A DNA stretch of 64,000 nt from Porphyridium purpureum (Eukaryota): positions 2,170,001 through 2,234,000 of the forward strand of contig VRMN01000001.1 of NCBI GenBank assembly GCA_008690995.1, given 5' to 3'. The translations under genes and the position numbers were made by a program. The notes beneath the pieces were generated by a model. The model was not told the origin of the DNA and did not search any database. It saw only the letters and a list, made by a program, of their open reading frames with translations. Positions 31,254 through 41,478 of this stretch are shown here, piece after piece; the stretch's first letter is position 1; every line of letters starts with the position of its first letter.

Positions 31254-34200
31254 TTACTGCATGGGAGACCGGCACAGGGGGCACGAGCTGCTGTTCGATG
31301 TGCTGAACCACTTGAGCAGGCAAGCCGAGTGGAACTTGTGCTTGCATGTCTTGCAGCGCATGGACGGCCGCGATGCGGTGGCGTAGTGCAGCACGTTGTA
31401 GCAGATGGGACATTCCTCCACGCCGGCAAAATGCTGGTCGAGCGTGGCGCGCCAGAACCCAACGGCATCGGCCAGCGTGCCGTCTGTCAGGGACACGAGT
31501 TTGGTCATACCTAGCACAGTCTTGTTCCAGCGTGCCTCGCTCATGCCTGTTCGGAGCGGCGCATGGATCTCCACAATACGCAGCGGGTACGCCTCAGGCA
31601 GTCGAATCACCACCTCGAGCGTGACATCCGAGAATGTGTACGCCGCCAAAATCTCGCGTGCAGCCACGCTACCACGCACACTCAGGTCCGCGTCCACACT
31701 GGGTACTGCCTGCGCGTCTCCAAATGTACCGCTGCTCGCATTCTCACGAATGACTCGGATTTCATCCTCAATCAGAGACGGTGCAATGCGGCGACTCACG
31801 AGAGCTTCGAGTTCTTTCGCGTCGCCGCGCGAACAACCGTCACTACCGGCCCACTGCCGCGACTGGGCAGGAAACAGCCGCAGGAAAAGCACCAAGGCGC
31901 GTGCATTCTCATACAAAATGGAGCGGCTGATGTCCATGTCACGTATCGCAGACGCCTCGAGGTCCCACTCGTCGCCGCTCTCGGGTATTGTCTGCTCCTG
32001 CAACGCATGGCGCGACCACATCAAAGTGACTTCCGCGACCCTGTCAGCGCCTTTCGCCTGTACAGTATTCGATTCATCTGTTTGAGCACGTGAAAGAAGC
32101 CGCACATGCAGCAGTACAAGCACGATCGCGCCAAGCGCCTTGCTGAGAACCTCTGGGTACATTTTGAAATACGCAGAAAATACGCGCTTGCGTGTGTGCA
32201 AACGGTCGAGCGCGCAATCGACGCGCAACAGCTCCAACAGAATGCGCCACATGCTGCAAAACCTGAAAAGCGAAAGTAGCTGTGACTCGGTCTCCGCGGT
32301 TTGATCAATACCGTCCATGTTGAGGAGGTGCTCAAGCGCGCTGTGTTGCGCAAAGCTCATCACCAAGCTTTCACTCAGCCACGACGGAACCAGACGTGCC
32401 ATGGCAGCCTCGTCATCTTGTTCCACCACGTGAGCTAGCGCACTGTCGCCCGGATCCATCGGTAAAATCGCCACAAGGAAGGCATGCCTTGACAACAGTG
32501 CTCGCGCGGCTGCTCGCACGAGCGGTCTGTGCGGCGTCGCCAAACAGCGCGAGAACGCTTTCCAACTAGCCACCGCACCAGCTTCCGTCTCCCTTTGAGA
32601 GGTTGCGTCGGAGTCCGTCGACTCACGTTGGCCATGGCGGGCCATTTCCCAGTATGCCTGCTCGGCATGGCTCAGAACATGTCCCGTGTAGTCAGAGCTC
32701 GTGTCGCTACCACTTCCAGTCTCCAGCAAAGCAAAAGCTGGGAAGCTGGACTCAAAGCATTCTCGCGCGTCTTGCCATAGGCTCGAAAGTCCAGCAGGAC
32801 CCAACACTGACTCGCGCTTAGCGTCAGTCCAATGCATAAGAATTTGTGTAGCGCACACGAGCCACGCAGCGCTCTGAACGACTGTGTCGAGATGCGAAAC
32901 GCTCTCTTTCTTACCGTCTGCCGGTGCCGATGGAAGCAGCGACGCAGATACCGATTGTGGCTGTAGTGCGTTGAGGAGATGGACGACCTCTTTGAGAAAT
33001 ACTTCCGCCTCATCACGAACAAAGTCGCTGCCGTCGTGTCGAGCGAGATCGCGCAGACTGGGCAACACCATGCCTGACAGAATACTGCCCTTCAGCAAGC
33101 ACTTATCCGGCATGGAAGCGATCCTCTGCTTCGCGAGCCACTCACGGAACTGGACCCGAATATTCTTCCTCATGCTTGCGGACACAAGGCCCTGCGAGCA
33201 GATGTGGCCCATTAGGAACAAGGCATCGGTTACCAAATTCTTGTGCCCTTGTTGACCCGCGGTCTGCTCTTCCACAACCCTAAATGCTTCATGATGGTCG
33301 CGTTTCTCCTGATAGCTCAATAAAGATCCAATGGCGAATGTGAGACATTTCGAAGATACTGCATCCCAAAAGGCGGGCGACCATCCTGCGTGCTCCTCTT
33401 CAATATTCTCCCCTTCTTCGAGCACCTCGGCTGCGGAACAAAAAGATCCCTGTGCCAAGGTCCACACACCTTCAGAGACCGCCAGCGAGTCTAGAACCCG
33501 CACAATGTGCGTGCTCGCGCATGCACTTTTTCTATCCCATTCCGGAGGGGAGGTTCTTGAAGAGAAGACCTGCAGGATCCACGTGTGTTCATTCCCGAGC
33601 AAGCGGGATCCTGTCGGGACGTCTGGGACTTTCGCAAACGCTGTGAATATATTCTGTAGACGCACGTACACCAATGAAGATGAAACCAGATCACTGCATT
33701 CGGTATTGGCAAGCACGCATGAGTAGTCAAGAATAGCATTCAGCATCGATAAGGCAACATTTGCTCGCAGCGGCGGCGATGTCGCTTCCAGTGTTCGGCA
33801 GATCCACTGCTCCGAAAAAGACTGGTGATCAGCGGTCCCATTCTGACCGCATTCGAGCAACAGCAGCCTCGCCAGCAGTGCAAACAGAGAATGTACGTAG
33901 CTATTTGGGTCCGTAAGGTTGTCACTTTCAAGTGCCTCTGCGTCACAATCGAACCCAAGAAGCATGTGCGGATTCCCGCAGAGCTGCAAAAATGGCTCAA
34001 ACAACGAGAACTGGCCATTGGCAAGCAGGCGTGAGCATATCCAAGTCAATGCGTGGCGCCGAAAGGCACGTTTGCGTTCCGTACACAAGTGCAAGTCCCC
34101 TGCTGCATCCTGTGGATTGATACGGGTGCTCAACGAAGAATCTACGTCATACACCAAAGCCAAAAAGTCTGCAACCAAACGGTAGACGAAAAGTTCGTCA

Positions 34201-37076
34201 CGGGAGTTTGATTCGCCTAGTACCATCTCATCAAGCAGCTCGAAAAACAAAGTGCATAGCTTGTCCGCCCCTGAAGCGCCGCTGTACCAGCCCACAGCAG
34301 TCACAACGGTCCTTTCAGGTCCCATCTGTTGATATGGATGAACTTCCTTAACCACTTGTGCTGTACCTTCACTCTCCCGCTCAGTGATTCTTGCAGAAGT
34401 CAGGCTATTGAGTATGGACGAGAAGCACAGTAGACGCATAGCCTCACTTGAGCAGCCTTCCCAATACGCTTCTTGAGTTGCAAATGTTCTCAACACTACC
34501 GAGATCGCCGCAGAAAAGGATGCCTGCTTTGCTGGCTGCTGCACACGGTCTCCATTCATCAAAGCAAACGCTGCGCTACGGGCGTGCTGGACTATGGAGC
34601 GCAAAAGGGAATCAAAATGAGCTACCCCGACCAAAATCGTAGCTGGGCTGCTCAGCAACACCGAGATATACTCGGAATACGTGCTGTCTGGCGTGCTATT
34701 GCTATACAGGCTTGCGCAATCCTCGCTCACGCACACGAACGCATCGCCTTGAATAGGACAAATCGCACTTCTCATTGCGCCGCCTTCGCGGCTTTCAAGC
34801 ACATTCACACATGCCACGAGCATCCATACAGTAACCCGAAGCGCTTTCTCGCTACCCTCCTCACCCTTGATCCTCTTGAAAAGCTGGACGACAGTTTGGC
34901 TCGCCCTTTCGACTTGCTTTTTGGCACCCATGGCCAGCTCCAACTCAAAGTACGCCCTTGCAGACATTCGGAATGCATCTTCGGATTCCGAAAACCCAAG
35001 CAGTGGAAGAATTTCATGAGCCAGCTCAAGAGACAACCGTTCAGAAAACTCAGAATGCTTCAGCGCGCAGCACAGTTTTACCTCGAGCGAGATCAACGTT
35101 GCACAACGGGAAGGATCCTTTGCACAGATAGGCGCAATGTCTTGAGCGTTGCGCAAGTCCTCTAGAGCCATGGACATGAAGCCGGAATTTCGATGCAAAT
35201 GTTCAAGGACCTGCCGCAACGCGAGCAGTCCTTCAGTTGTGAGAATCGAGGGCCAAAAACGTGCGACATGAATTGAAGGGTCAGCTTCATGTTTAGCTCC
35301 CCGCTGGGTCATCGACTCACAAAGGCTGTGCCAAAACGGTGACACTGCAGCTTCTTCAATGCTATCGAGGGCTTCAGCGAGACATTCAGCCGCATTCTGC
35401 ACTTGACACGATAGATCAGATTTCATCTGCCTCGCCAGCACTGGAACATTGAACCATACAAAAGCACTGACAGCGTCTTCAATCAGCTTATAAACGAATG
35501 ACGTTGTGGAAGAGCGCGACGCTCGGTTTGACCCTTCCTGTTCCATGTCTTCATCAAAGTGCACCAACTTTCGTCCCTTTGGTGTTATGATTGCAAAACG
35601 GATCATATTTCGCCATTCACGCCACAATCTCGTATCTAGCGCAGAAACAATGTCCCTTTTCTCTTTCATGACCTCTCCAATGAGTAGACCACTCATGCGC
35701 TCCAAAACGGATCTGAAAAGCTTGTCTACTCCGACTACTGACTCTGGAAGGAGGCTGCACAGAGGGAGTAGCGCTTCCAGCCATTCTTCCTGCGAAAACA
35801 GCGCTGGCGGTGACTGAGTGTCATTTCTCGTCGCGCCGCTGCTGCTTTGATACGTTTTCATACGAAGAGCTGCCAAGTTATCAAACTTGTGACCAAGAGC
35901 AACGCTCAACAGGTGTACTTCCGAGTCTTGAAGCGCATTGGCAGGTTCTGAGCCAAACGCAACCGCAGTCGAGCGCGTTTTCATGGCCACTAGAAGGAGA
36001 TCAAAGGCGCCGCGGATTGAATCACGCAGATTTTGAGGTGGTGACTGCTTTGAAGCGACTTTCATCAAAGCTAGCGAGAGAGAAACCGCCCGTGAACACG
36101 CGTCCGCAATCACACCACTCCCTATTCGGGCATCGTCGCCGCACAAAGAGAGCGTCGAGCAATAGCTCGATAGACCAAAATGCAACACTTCATCGCTTCT
36201 CCTGACTTTGCGGCACCATGCGTTACCAAAAAGGCTGGCAAGCGAAGTGTCGAATGTGCACGAATCCTCAAATCCAGTGTGCCTCTTGCTACACACCAAC
36301 GGCCACAAAGGTTCGCACAACGAGGCATTGAAGTACCCATGGAAGGCATGGATGACCATGTATGCCCGGTGCAAGGCTGGAAGAAGTGTCAACTCCAACA
36401 CATCCGGGTCCTTACACGATCCAATCTGAGCATGCACCGCGGCGAGTTCGTCAACCACAAATCTGATGATTTCGTCGCGAGCAAATGCGCAAAGCTTCTC
36501 CAACGCATTTTGACGCCCAAATGCGCAAGCTAAGCTGTCGCGTGCCGCGCTTTGGACTGAAGCCATTCGATCTGCTTGCGCTGCGAACCAGATGGGCACG
36601 GCAGCTTTCAGTGCGGCCTTCGCATCCTTTCCGAAGAGCACCACCATCTGGCCCATACAATGCAGCGCACATTCGCGCGCCTGCGCCGATTCAGACTCAA
36701 GCGCGAGGCGGCGAAATAAGCCTGCGTACGTGATCAGCAATGACCTACCGCTACCTGGCGAAAGCACGTCCTTCTTGTCGCGCACGACTACCTGCAGCGC
36801 GGCGCGCAGGTCTTGCAGCGCTTTTTCTCTCGTGACAGCATCCTTTTTTGCTGCGCGTTTCATCAGGGCCGCCAGCTGTGCGTGTTCCTCACTGACCTCG
36901 ACCGGGGCCCCAGGACTGGCTGCGTCCCACACGCCCGAGCTTGGTGCGCCCTTCGCCGAGCCGTCGCCCCCACTCCCAGATATTGTACTGGCCAGCTCGG
37001 CGAAAGAGAGCCCCTGTAGATGTTCTGGAAGCATTGCCGCCGCGCCGGACGAGGAAGCATACTTGTTTTTCCCCAT
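31254..37076 (-). CDS. LTN1: E3 ubiquitin ligase Listerin (Ltn1/Rkr1)
   Basis: MGKNK start, KKDAVTREKAL, long helical repeats, RWD-like LPEAYPL, C-terminal RING FAGVEECPICY...CKHKFHSACLLKWF...CPLCR. Confidence 0.92.
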   Translation of the reverse strand: MGKNKYASSSGAAAMLPEHLQGLSFAELASTISGSGGDGSAKGAPSSGVWDAASPGAPVEVSEEHAQLAALMKRAAKKDAVTREKALQDLRAALQVVVRDKKDVLSPGSGRSLLITYAGLFRRLALESESAQARECALHCMGQMVVLFGKDAKAALKAAVPIWFAAQADRMASVQSAARDSLACAFGRQNALEKLCAFARDEIIRFVVDELAAVHAQIGSCKDPDVLELTLLPALHRAYMVIHAFHGYFNASLCEPLWPLVCSKRHTGFEDSCTFDTSLASLFGNAWCRKVRRSDEVLHFGLSSYCSTLSLCGDDARIGSGVIADACSRAVSLSLALMKVASKQSPPQNLRDSIRGAFDLLLVAMKTRSTAVAFGSEPANALQDSEVHLLSVALGHKFDNLAALRMKTYQSSSGATRNDTQSPPALFSQEEWLEALLPLCSLLPESVVGVDKLFRSVLERMSGLLIGEVMKEKRDIVSALDTRLWREWRNMIRFAIITPKGRKLVHFDEDMEQEGSNRASRSSTTSFVYKLIEDAVSAFVWFNVPVLARQMKSDLSCQVQNAAECLAEALDSIEEAAVSPFWHSLCESMTQRGAKHEADPSIHVARFWPSILTTEGLLALRQVLEHLHRNSGFMSMALEDLRNAQDIAPICAKDPSRCATLISLEVKLCCALKHSEFSERLSLELAHEILPLLGFSESEDAFRMSARAYFELELAMGAKKQVERASQTVVQLFKRIKGEEGSEKALRVTVWMLVACVNVLESREGGAMRSAICPIQGDAFVCVSEDCASLYSNSTPDSTYSEYISVLLSSPATILVGVAHFDSLLRSIVQHARSAAFALMNGDRVQQPAKQASFSAAISVVLRTFATQEAYWEGCSSEAMRLLCFSSILNSLTSARITERESEGTAQVVKEVHPYQQMGPERTVVTAVGWYSGASGADKLCTLFFELLDEMVLGESNSRDELFVYRLVADFLALVYDVDSSLSTRINPQDAAGDLHLCTERKRAFRRHALTWICSRLLANGQFSLFEPFLQLCGNPHMLLGFDCDAEALESDNLTDPNSYVHSLFALLARLLLLECGQNGTADHQSFSEQWICRTLEATSPPLRANVALSMLNAILDYSCVLANTECSDLVSSSLVYVRLQNIFTAFAKVPDVPTGSRLLGNEHTWILQVFSSRTSPPEWDRKSACASTHIVRVLDSLAVSEGVWTLAQGSFCSAAEVLEEGENIEEEHAGWSPAFWDAVSSKCLTFAIGSLLSYQEKRDHHEAFRVVEEQTAGQQGHKNLVTDALFLMGHICSQGLVSASMRKNIRVQFREWLAKQRIASMPDKCLLKGSILSGMVLPSLRDLARHDGSDFVRDEAEVFLKEVVHLLNALQPQSVSASLLPSAPADGKKESVSHLDTVVQSAAWLVCATQILMHWTDAKRESVLGPAGLSSLWQDARECFESSFPAFALLETGSGSDTSSDYTGHVLSHAEQAYWEMARHGQRESTDSDATSQRETEAGAVASWKAFSRCLATPHRPLVRAAARALLSRHAFLVAILPMDPGDSALAHVVEQDDEAAMARLVPSWLSESLVMSFAQHSALEHLLNMDGIDQTAETESQLLSLFRFCSMWRILLELLRVDCALDRLHTRKRVFSAYFKMYPEVLSKALGAIVLVLLHVRLLSRAQTDESNTVQAKGADRVAEVTLMWSRHALQEQTIPESGDEWDLEASAIRDMDISRSILYENARALVLFLRLFPAQSRQWAGSDGCSRGDAKELEALVSRRIAPSLIEDEIRVIRENASSGTFGDAQAVPSVDADLSVRGSVAAREILAAYTFSDVTLEVVIRLPEAYPLRIVEIHAPLRTGMSEARWNKTVLGMTKLVSLTDGTLADAVGFWRATLDQHFAGVEECPICYNVLHYATASRPSMRCKTCKHKFHSACLLKWFSTSNSSSCPLCRSPMQ

Positions 37077-38093
37077 TCTTCCTCCTCTTCGTGCTCCTTG
37101 TCCTCGGTCTGTCGTCCTCACCTCGCTTCCCATCGCGTCACGTCCACGTGCGCTCACTGAGTACAGCTCGAGCTCGGTACAGTTTGCTGTACTGAGGTAC
37201 ACTTGAATTGGTCGATCCATTGCACGCGCGGTTTCGCGATGAGCAAGGTTGAAGTTGAAGTGGAAAGACATTTGCGGCCCATTCGCGGCCGCTGCGCCCT
37301 TCCGCGAGCATGCAGTACACCGCGCTGGGCATAGGTGCACTTGAGAAAGTCGCATGTGATGCGACATGTGGTGCTTGGCCACCCACTCTCGGTTATCGGC
37401 ACCGTTCCGCCATCGCACGGTTGAGCACGGGTTCGCGCTTGCGGGCAATCATGTAGGCGCCGTTGCACACGCGTGCTCAGCGTGCCGCTGCCTGTAGGCT
37501 TTGACGGAAGAGCAGGATTTGTAGTTTTATCTGCTTGTCAAGTAAACGTCATTTCGCTTCAGTGTGTGTGTGTGTGTGTGTGTTCAGCAAGCGGAATGAG
37601 GTTCTCGACTTTGAAGCAGACTTTGGAGCGCGCACAAGAGAGGCGTCGACCTGTCGGGGAGGCGCAGGTGGAGAAATTGCTACTTGAGCGGATTGCGCAT
37701 GCGGCTGGGGCGTACGGGTGGCTCTGGCTGTGCGCATTGACGCGGCGCGCCACGTGAGCAACATGTAGCAGGCCGTGTGAATCTGTTCCGAGAGCCCATC
37801 ATTTGGGTGTCCGATTTGTCTTGTGCGTTCTGACGATGGCAAATACAGTTGCGAAAGGCCGCGCAAACAGAATCCGCTGCAGGTTCAGAATGAAAGACGA
37901 ACTTTGCGGTCTTGAGCTGGGAATAGCTGGTGCGCAGGAAGTCGTTCTTCCTCGGGCTCGAAGACACACTATACCTCGTTTCGGAGAAGTACAGTTCTTA
38001 GTGAACTGAGGTGGTTGGTGAGTCGTCGGATAAGGAATGTTGTGCCATGTTGCGAGGCACAAAGAGAGAGAATGTGTGTGTGAGAACTGGAAA

Positions 38094-40931
38094 ATGTCTG
38101 GACAGGAACGTGGTGATGCACGCAGAAGCATCTCTCGAGGACCGGTGCGTCCTGCAATGCGTGCTGAGCATCGCGAGGAACTGGGTTTCGGTGTCGACGC
38201 AGAAGCGCGCCGCGCACACCGGCCGCCGAATCACCATCACAACGGGTACCTGCGTCATGACGCTGCGTATACAGATGATAGGTGGTCTCAGGAACGTTCG
38301 TATGAGCAGTCGCCACGCCAAAGAAGGCGTGGGGGTGGCTCATTGAATGCACGCATAGGCGGAGATGACGCTCTTTACGCTCGGCGTCCGAACGGCGCAT
38401 GGTCCCACGACAGACGGCGCGCGTCGTCGCCGCAGTCGGAATACCAACGTAGGCTACCTCCGCAAGAACCTTTTATTCATACGGGCGTCTGGTATGGCTC
38501 GCGGGAAAGCTCGTACGAAGTGGCTGCGGATACACACGGTGCCGCCCGTTCAGCTCCTGAGCGTTGGCACGAAACGCACGCATGGAACGCCCCGGACGAA
38601 GAATTTCGCCAGGCGTTTGGTCCGGTCCCACATGCTGCGGAGCAACCATATGCTACCGGCTTTCATCCCCATGCGCAACAACCAGAGGGTGTAGCGATGC
38701 ATGGACCTCCGAATGTACTTTGTGACGATGAATCACGTGACCGTGGAGATCCAGACGCGACTGAGAGACTATATCATGGACTTGATAGAGTCCAACAACG
38801 TGATCATGATAACTTGCCGCAAGCGAGAAGGGTGGCAGTAGGTCAGTATCGAGCTTACGCCGACCATGCGCATCCTTTCCGTGCGCGTAGAAATGCCAGA
38901 CAGCACTCTGAAGACGGCCGTGGAACAGAGCAAGAGCATGATGCCGAATTATCATGGCGACAGGAGCAGACAGCATCACGGCATACCCTGAGGGACGTTG
39001 AAAGTCATGCAGGCGTCTATTCTGGAGCAAACGTCACGGGCGAGGAGGAGCTTGACGAACGGAACCAAGCGCCGGACGGTGCAGCTCTTCCACTGCGAGC
39101 GGAGCCATTAAGATCAAGTCGTGAACGAAATAATCATCACAATACTCGTGTGACCGAATCATCGGCTCACGGATTGGTGCCGTATGACCAAAGAGGCTTT
39201 GAACCGCCTCCCAAATATGAGGGTATTCCACCGCCGGCTCCAGAAATTAATCTTGCTGCCGCGCGTGCCCCAATTACGTGCGCGACCAAGGAAATTCCCT
39301 ACCACCCAGAGGCGATACTTGCGCATGCTCCCAGGCGCAGAAAAGATGGCCGTTATGCACGGCCGCCTGTCGCGCGGCAGCTCGAAGATACTGACATGTA
39401 TGGCCGAAAACGTCAACGCCAGCTCGAACAGGATGCACGCGCGTCAATTCGCAGGTATCTGAATAGTGCTCCCGTCGTAAATGCTATCCCAGTCGGTCTG
39501 GGACCGGCGCCTGCCGTGGAGGTTGGGGGACATGAGACTGATGTTTCGGAACATGACGGCGATGAAGATCGCCCGCACGTAGAGCTTACAATGAGGGAAG
39601 TCTTACGCAAACGCGGCGTGCAGATGTTCCGGGATGTGGTCATATCGGTTGACAAGGTGCTTGAAAACTTGGCAAGAGCACGAGGGCGAACGAGTTACTT
39701 GCCAGTCACTGACCAATTGTTGCATTCCTTCAAAAGTCTGTTTCAAGAGATGGAGACATTTGTGCAGACTCGCTGCGTGAGGTGTGGCGGTTTGGTGAAG
39801 ATTGAAGTACGCTCAGATGGGACTGAAGTAGCAAGGTGTGTGGAGACTGGACGGCGAACGGGTTGCCTGTACCACGAGGGAATCTTATTGTCTTTCGAAC
39901 GTGTGGAGACCGTGAGTCGGGCTGGACAGTCAATCCAAAAGAAGTATTGGAACACGGCCTATTCGTGTTGCGGGAATTCTGCAAGTATGCTGTGTAAGCA
40001 AGAGCGCGCGTGTTCGGTAACTGTGAGTCGGTGCAAGCGCTGTGGGATTTTTCGAGAAGAAGGCCGATGTGAAGAGTGTTGCTTCGTGCATAGCGGACAG
40101 TTTATCGTGTGGGACTCGGATTCGATTACAGGAGGACAATGGGGATGCTGCGATAAGACCAGTCTTCTAGATACCGGGTGTTTCGTATACCCAAGACATG
40201 AATGGGAAGATAAATTCAAGGCGAGCGAGAGACAGTTACCGGTTGACTGGGACAGTATCGGCGCGTTGTGGAAGGACATTGTCGTGAATGCGAGGCTCTT
40301 ACACTCGCCTCGTTCCGAGGATGTGCTAACAGAAACGTCGAGCGTGCTGCAAACGCTAGGCCTGATAAAGGGGGAGCTGTCGGAACTGAGCGTGGAGCAC
40401 GCCGCGGCTAAGTGCAGTCGATGCGGCGCACCGACACCTTCGTACAAGGGCTGCGCGTTTCATCCCGGTTGGCTGCGTGCGTACCCGTACTCGTACAAAC
40501 CATTGAACCCAAACGGCGACGAGATCGCAGAACTGCGCTTTGGTTGGACGTGCTGCGGCCATCCCTACTTTGAGTCGAAATTTCGCTTGGAGAAGCCATG
40601 TGAGGAGCCTGCGTGCTTGGAAGCCGACAAGTGCTCTTTCCGAGGGTGCGTTGTCGTCGAAGCATGCACGACAGACCCATGGTGGACGTGCGAAGTGTGC
40701 CACTGGAGGACCACAGAGCCGACAGCAGCCGCCAAGCCGTGCACGCACCATCCGGGCAAATTCTCGCACCTATTCGCGAGTCGCAACCGGGGTCTCTGGA
40801 GCTGTTGCTCGCGCCGGGATCTTCAAGGCGAGGGATGCATCAGAGCGGCGCAGCACCGCCTTGTGCAGGGTGAGCTGCCGCGCCCGCGTTTCGACTGGGA
40901 CGACGACCCCGAGGACGGCGTATTCCGGTAA
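38094..40931 (+). CDS. Hypothetical protein with four C-x-x-H-x-G...(W/Y)-x-CC zinc-binding-like repeats
   Basis: Long ORF with a disordered N-half. CLYHEG..YSCC, CFVHSG..WGCC, CAFHPG..WTCC, CTHHPG..WSCC. Confidence 0.7.
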   Translation: MSGQERGDARRSISRGPVRPAMRAEHREELGFGVDAEARRAHRPPNHHHNGYLRHDAAYTDDRWSQERSYEQSPRQRRRGGGSLNARIGGDDALYARRPNGAWSHDRRRASSPQSEYQRRLPPQEPFIHTGVWYGSRESSYEVAADTHGAARSAPERWHETHAWNAPDEEFRQAFGPVPHAAEQPYATGFHPHAQQPEGVAMHGPPNVLCDDESRDRGDPDATERLYHGLDRVQQRDHDNLPQARRVAVGQYRAYADHAHPFRARRNARQHSEDGRGTEQEHDAELSWRQEQTASRHTLRDVESHAGVYSGANVTGEEELDERNQAPDGAALPLRAEPLRSSRERNNHHNTRVTESSAHGLVPYDQRGFEPPPKYEGIPPPAPEINLAAARAPITCATKEIPYHPEAILAHAPRRRKDGRYARPPVARQLEDTDMYGRKRQRQLEQDARASIRRYLNSAPVVNAIPVGLGPAPAVEVGGHETDVSEHDGDEDRPHVELTMREVLRKRGVQMFRDVVISVDKVLENLARARGRTSYLPVTDQLLHSFKSLFQEMETFVQTRCVRCGGLVKIEVRSDGTEVARCVETGRRTGCLYHEGILLSFERVETVSRAGQSIQKKYWNTAYSCCGNSASMLCKQERACSVTVSRCKRCGIFREEGRCEECCFVHSGQFIVWDSDSITGGQWGCCDKTSLLDTGCFVYPRHEWEDKFKASERQLPVDWDSIGALWKDIVVNARLLHSPRSEDVLTETSSVLQTLGLIKGELSELSVEHAAAKCSRCGAPTPSYKGCAFHPGWLRAYPYSYKPLNPNGDEIAELRFGWTCCGHPYFESKFRLEKPCEEPACLEADKCSFRGCVVVEACTTDPWWTCEVCHWRTTEPTAAAKPCTHHPGKFSHLFASRNRGLWSCCSRRDLQGEGCIRAAQHRLVQGELPRPRFDWDDDPEDGVFR

Positions 40932-41478
40932 CCAAGCGCAGACCGGCTGCTCGAACTGCACATCCTCCGTGCTGGTGTGTCATGCGTTCATGCAGGCGCG
41001 ACCACGATGTCGCTTTTGTCCTCATGGAGAGGTGAGCAAGCAGAGGTACAGTGTGTAGCTTGTTTCTAATAAACCGAGCTTGCTTTTGTTCTACAAAACG
41101 CATACCACGAGCGCATGCCGACAGTTGGTACAATCGGGGCTGTTTCTTTTTTTTTTTTTTTTTTTCTCTCGCGTGGCGAAGATGGTGGGACGGTGAAGAA
41201 CATACACACACTCACCTTATCAGGTTGGTGTGGGCGAAAGAGTAAGACTGAACGGAGAGTGAAGACGGCACGCAGCGACGACGACGACGGGGGAGAGACA
41301 GAGAGAGGGAATCACACGCCAGCATAGCGCGCGCGCGTGGGAACTCGATCGACGCGCGGCGGGCGGCGGGCGGCGGGCGGCGGCGGCGGGCGTGGGCGTG
41401 GGCGTGGGCGCTGTCGGTCACGGGCGCGGGATGGTCGGCGACGTGCCGCGTGCTGCCAAGGTCTAGCGTGTGCACACC

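Noticed and set aside
37077..37448. Long N-terminal ORF extensions of LTN1 (likewise WDR76-like, fibrillin, leuD, TOM1-like, F-box)
   Set aside because: Probably non-ATG or chance open frames in GC-rich DNA; family-typical starts lie downstream.
37473..38009. Short ORFs between LTN1 and the Cys-rich gene
   Set aside because: No recognisable motifs and partly a TG microsatellite; a spliced gene cannot be excluded.
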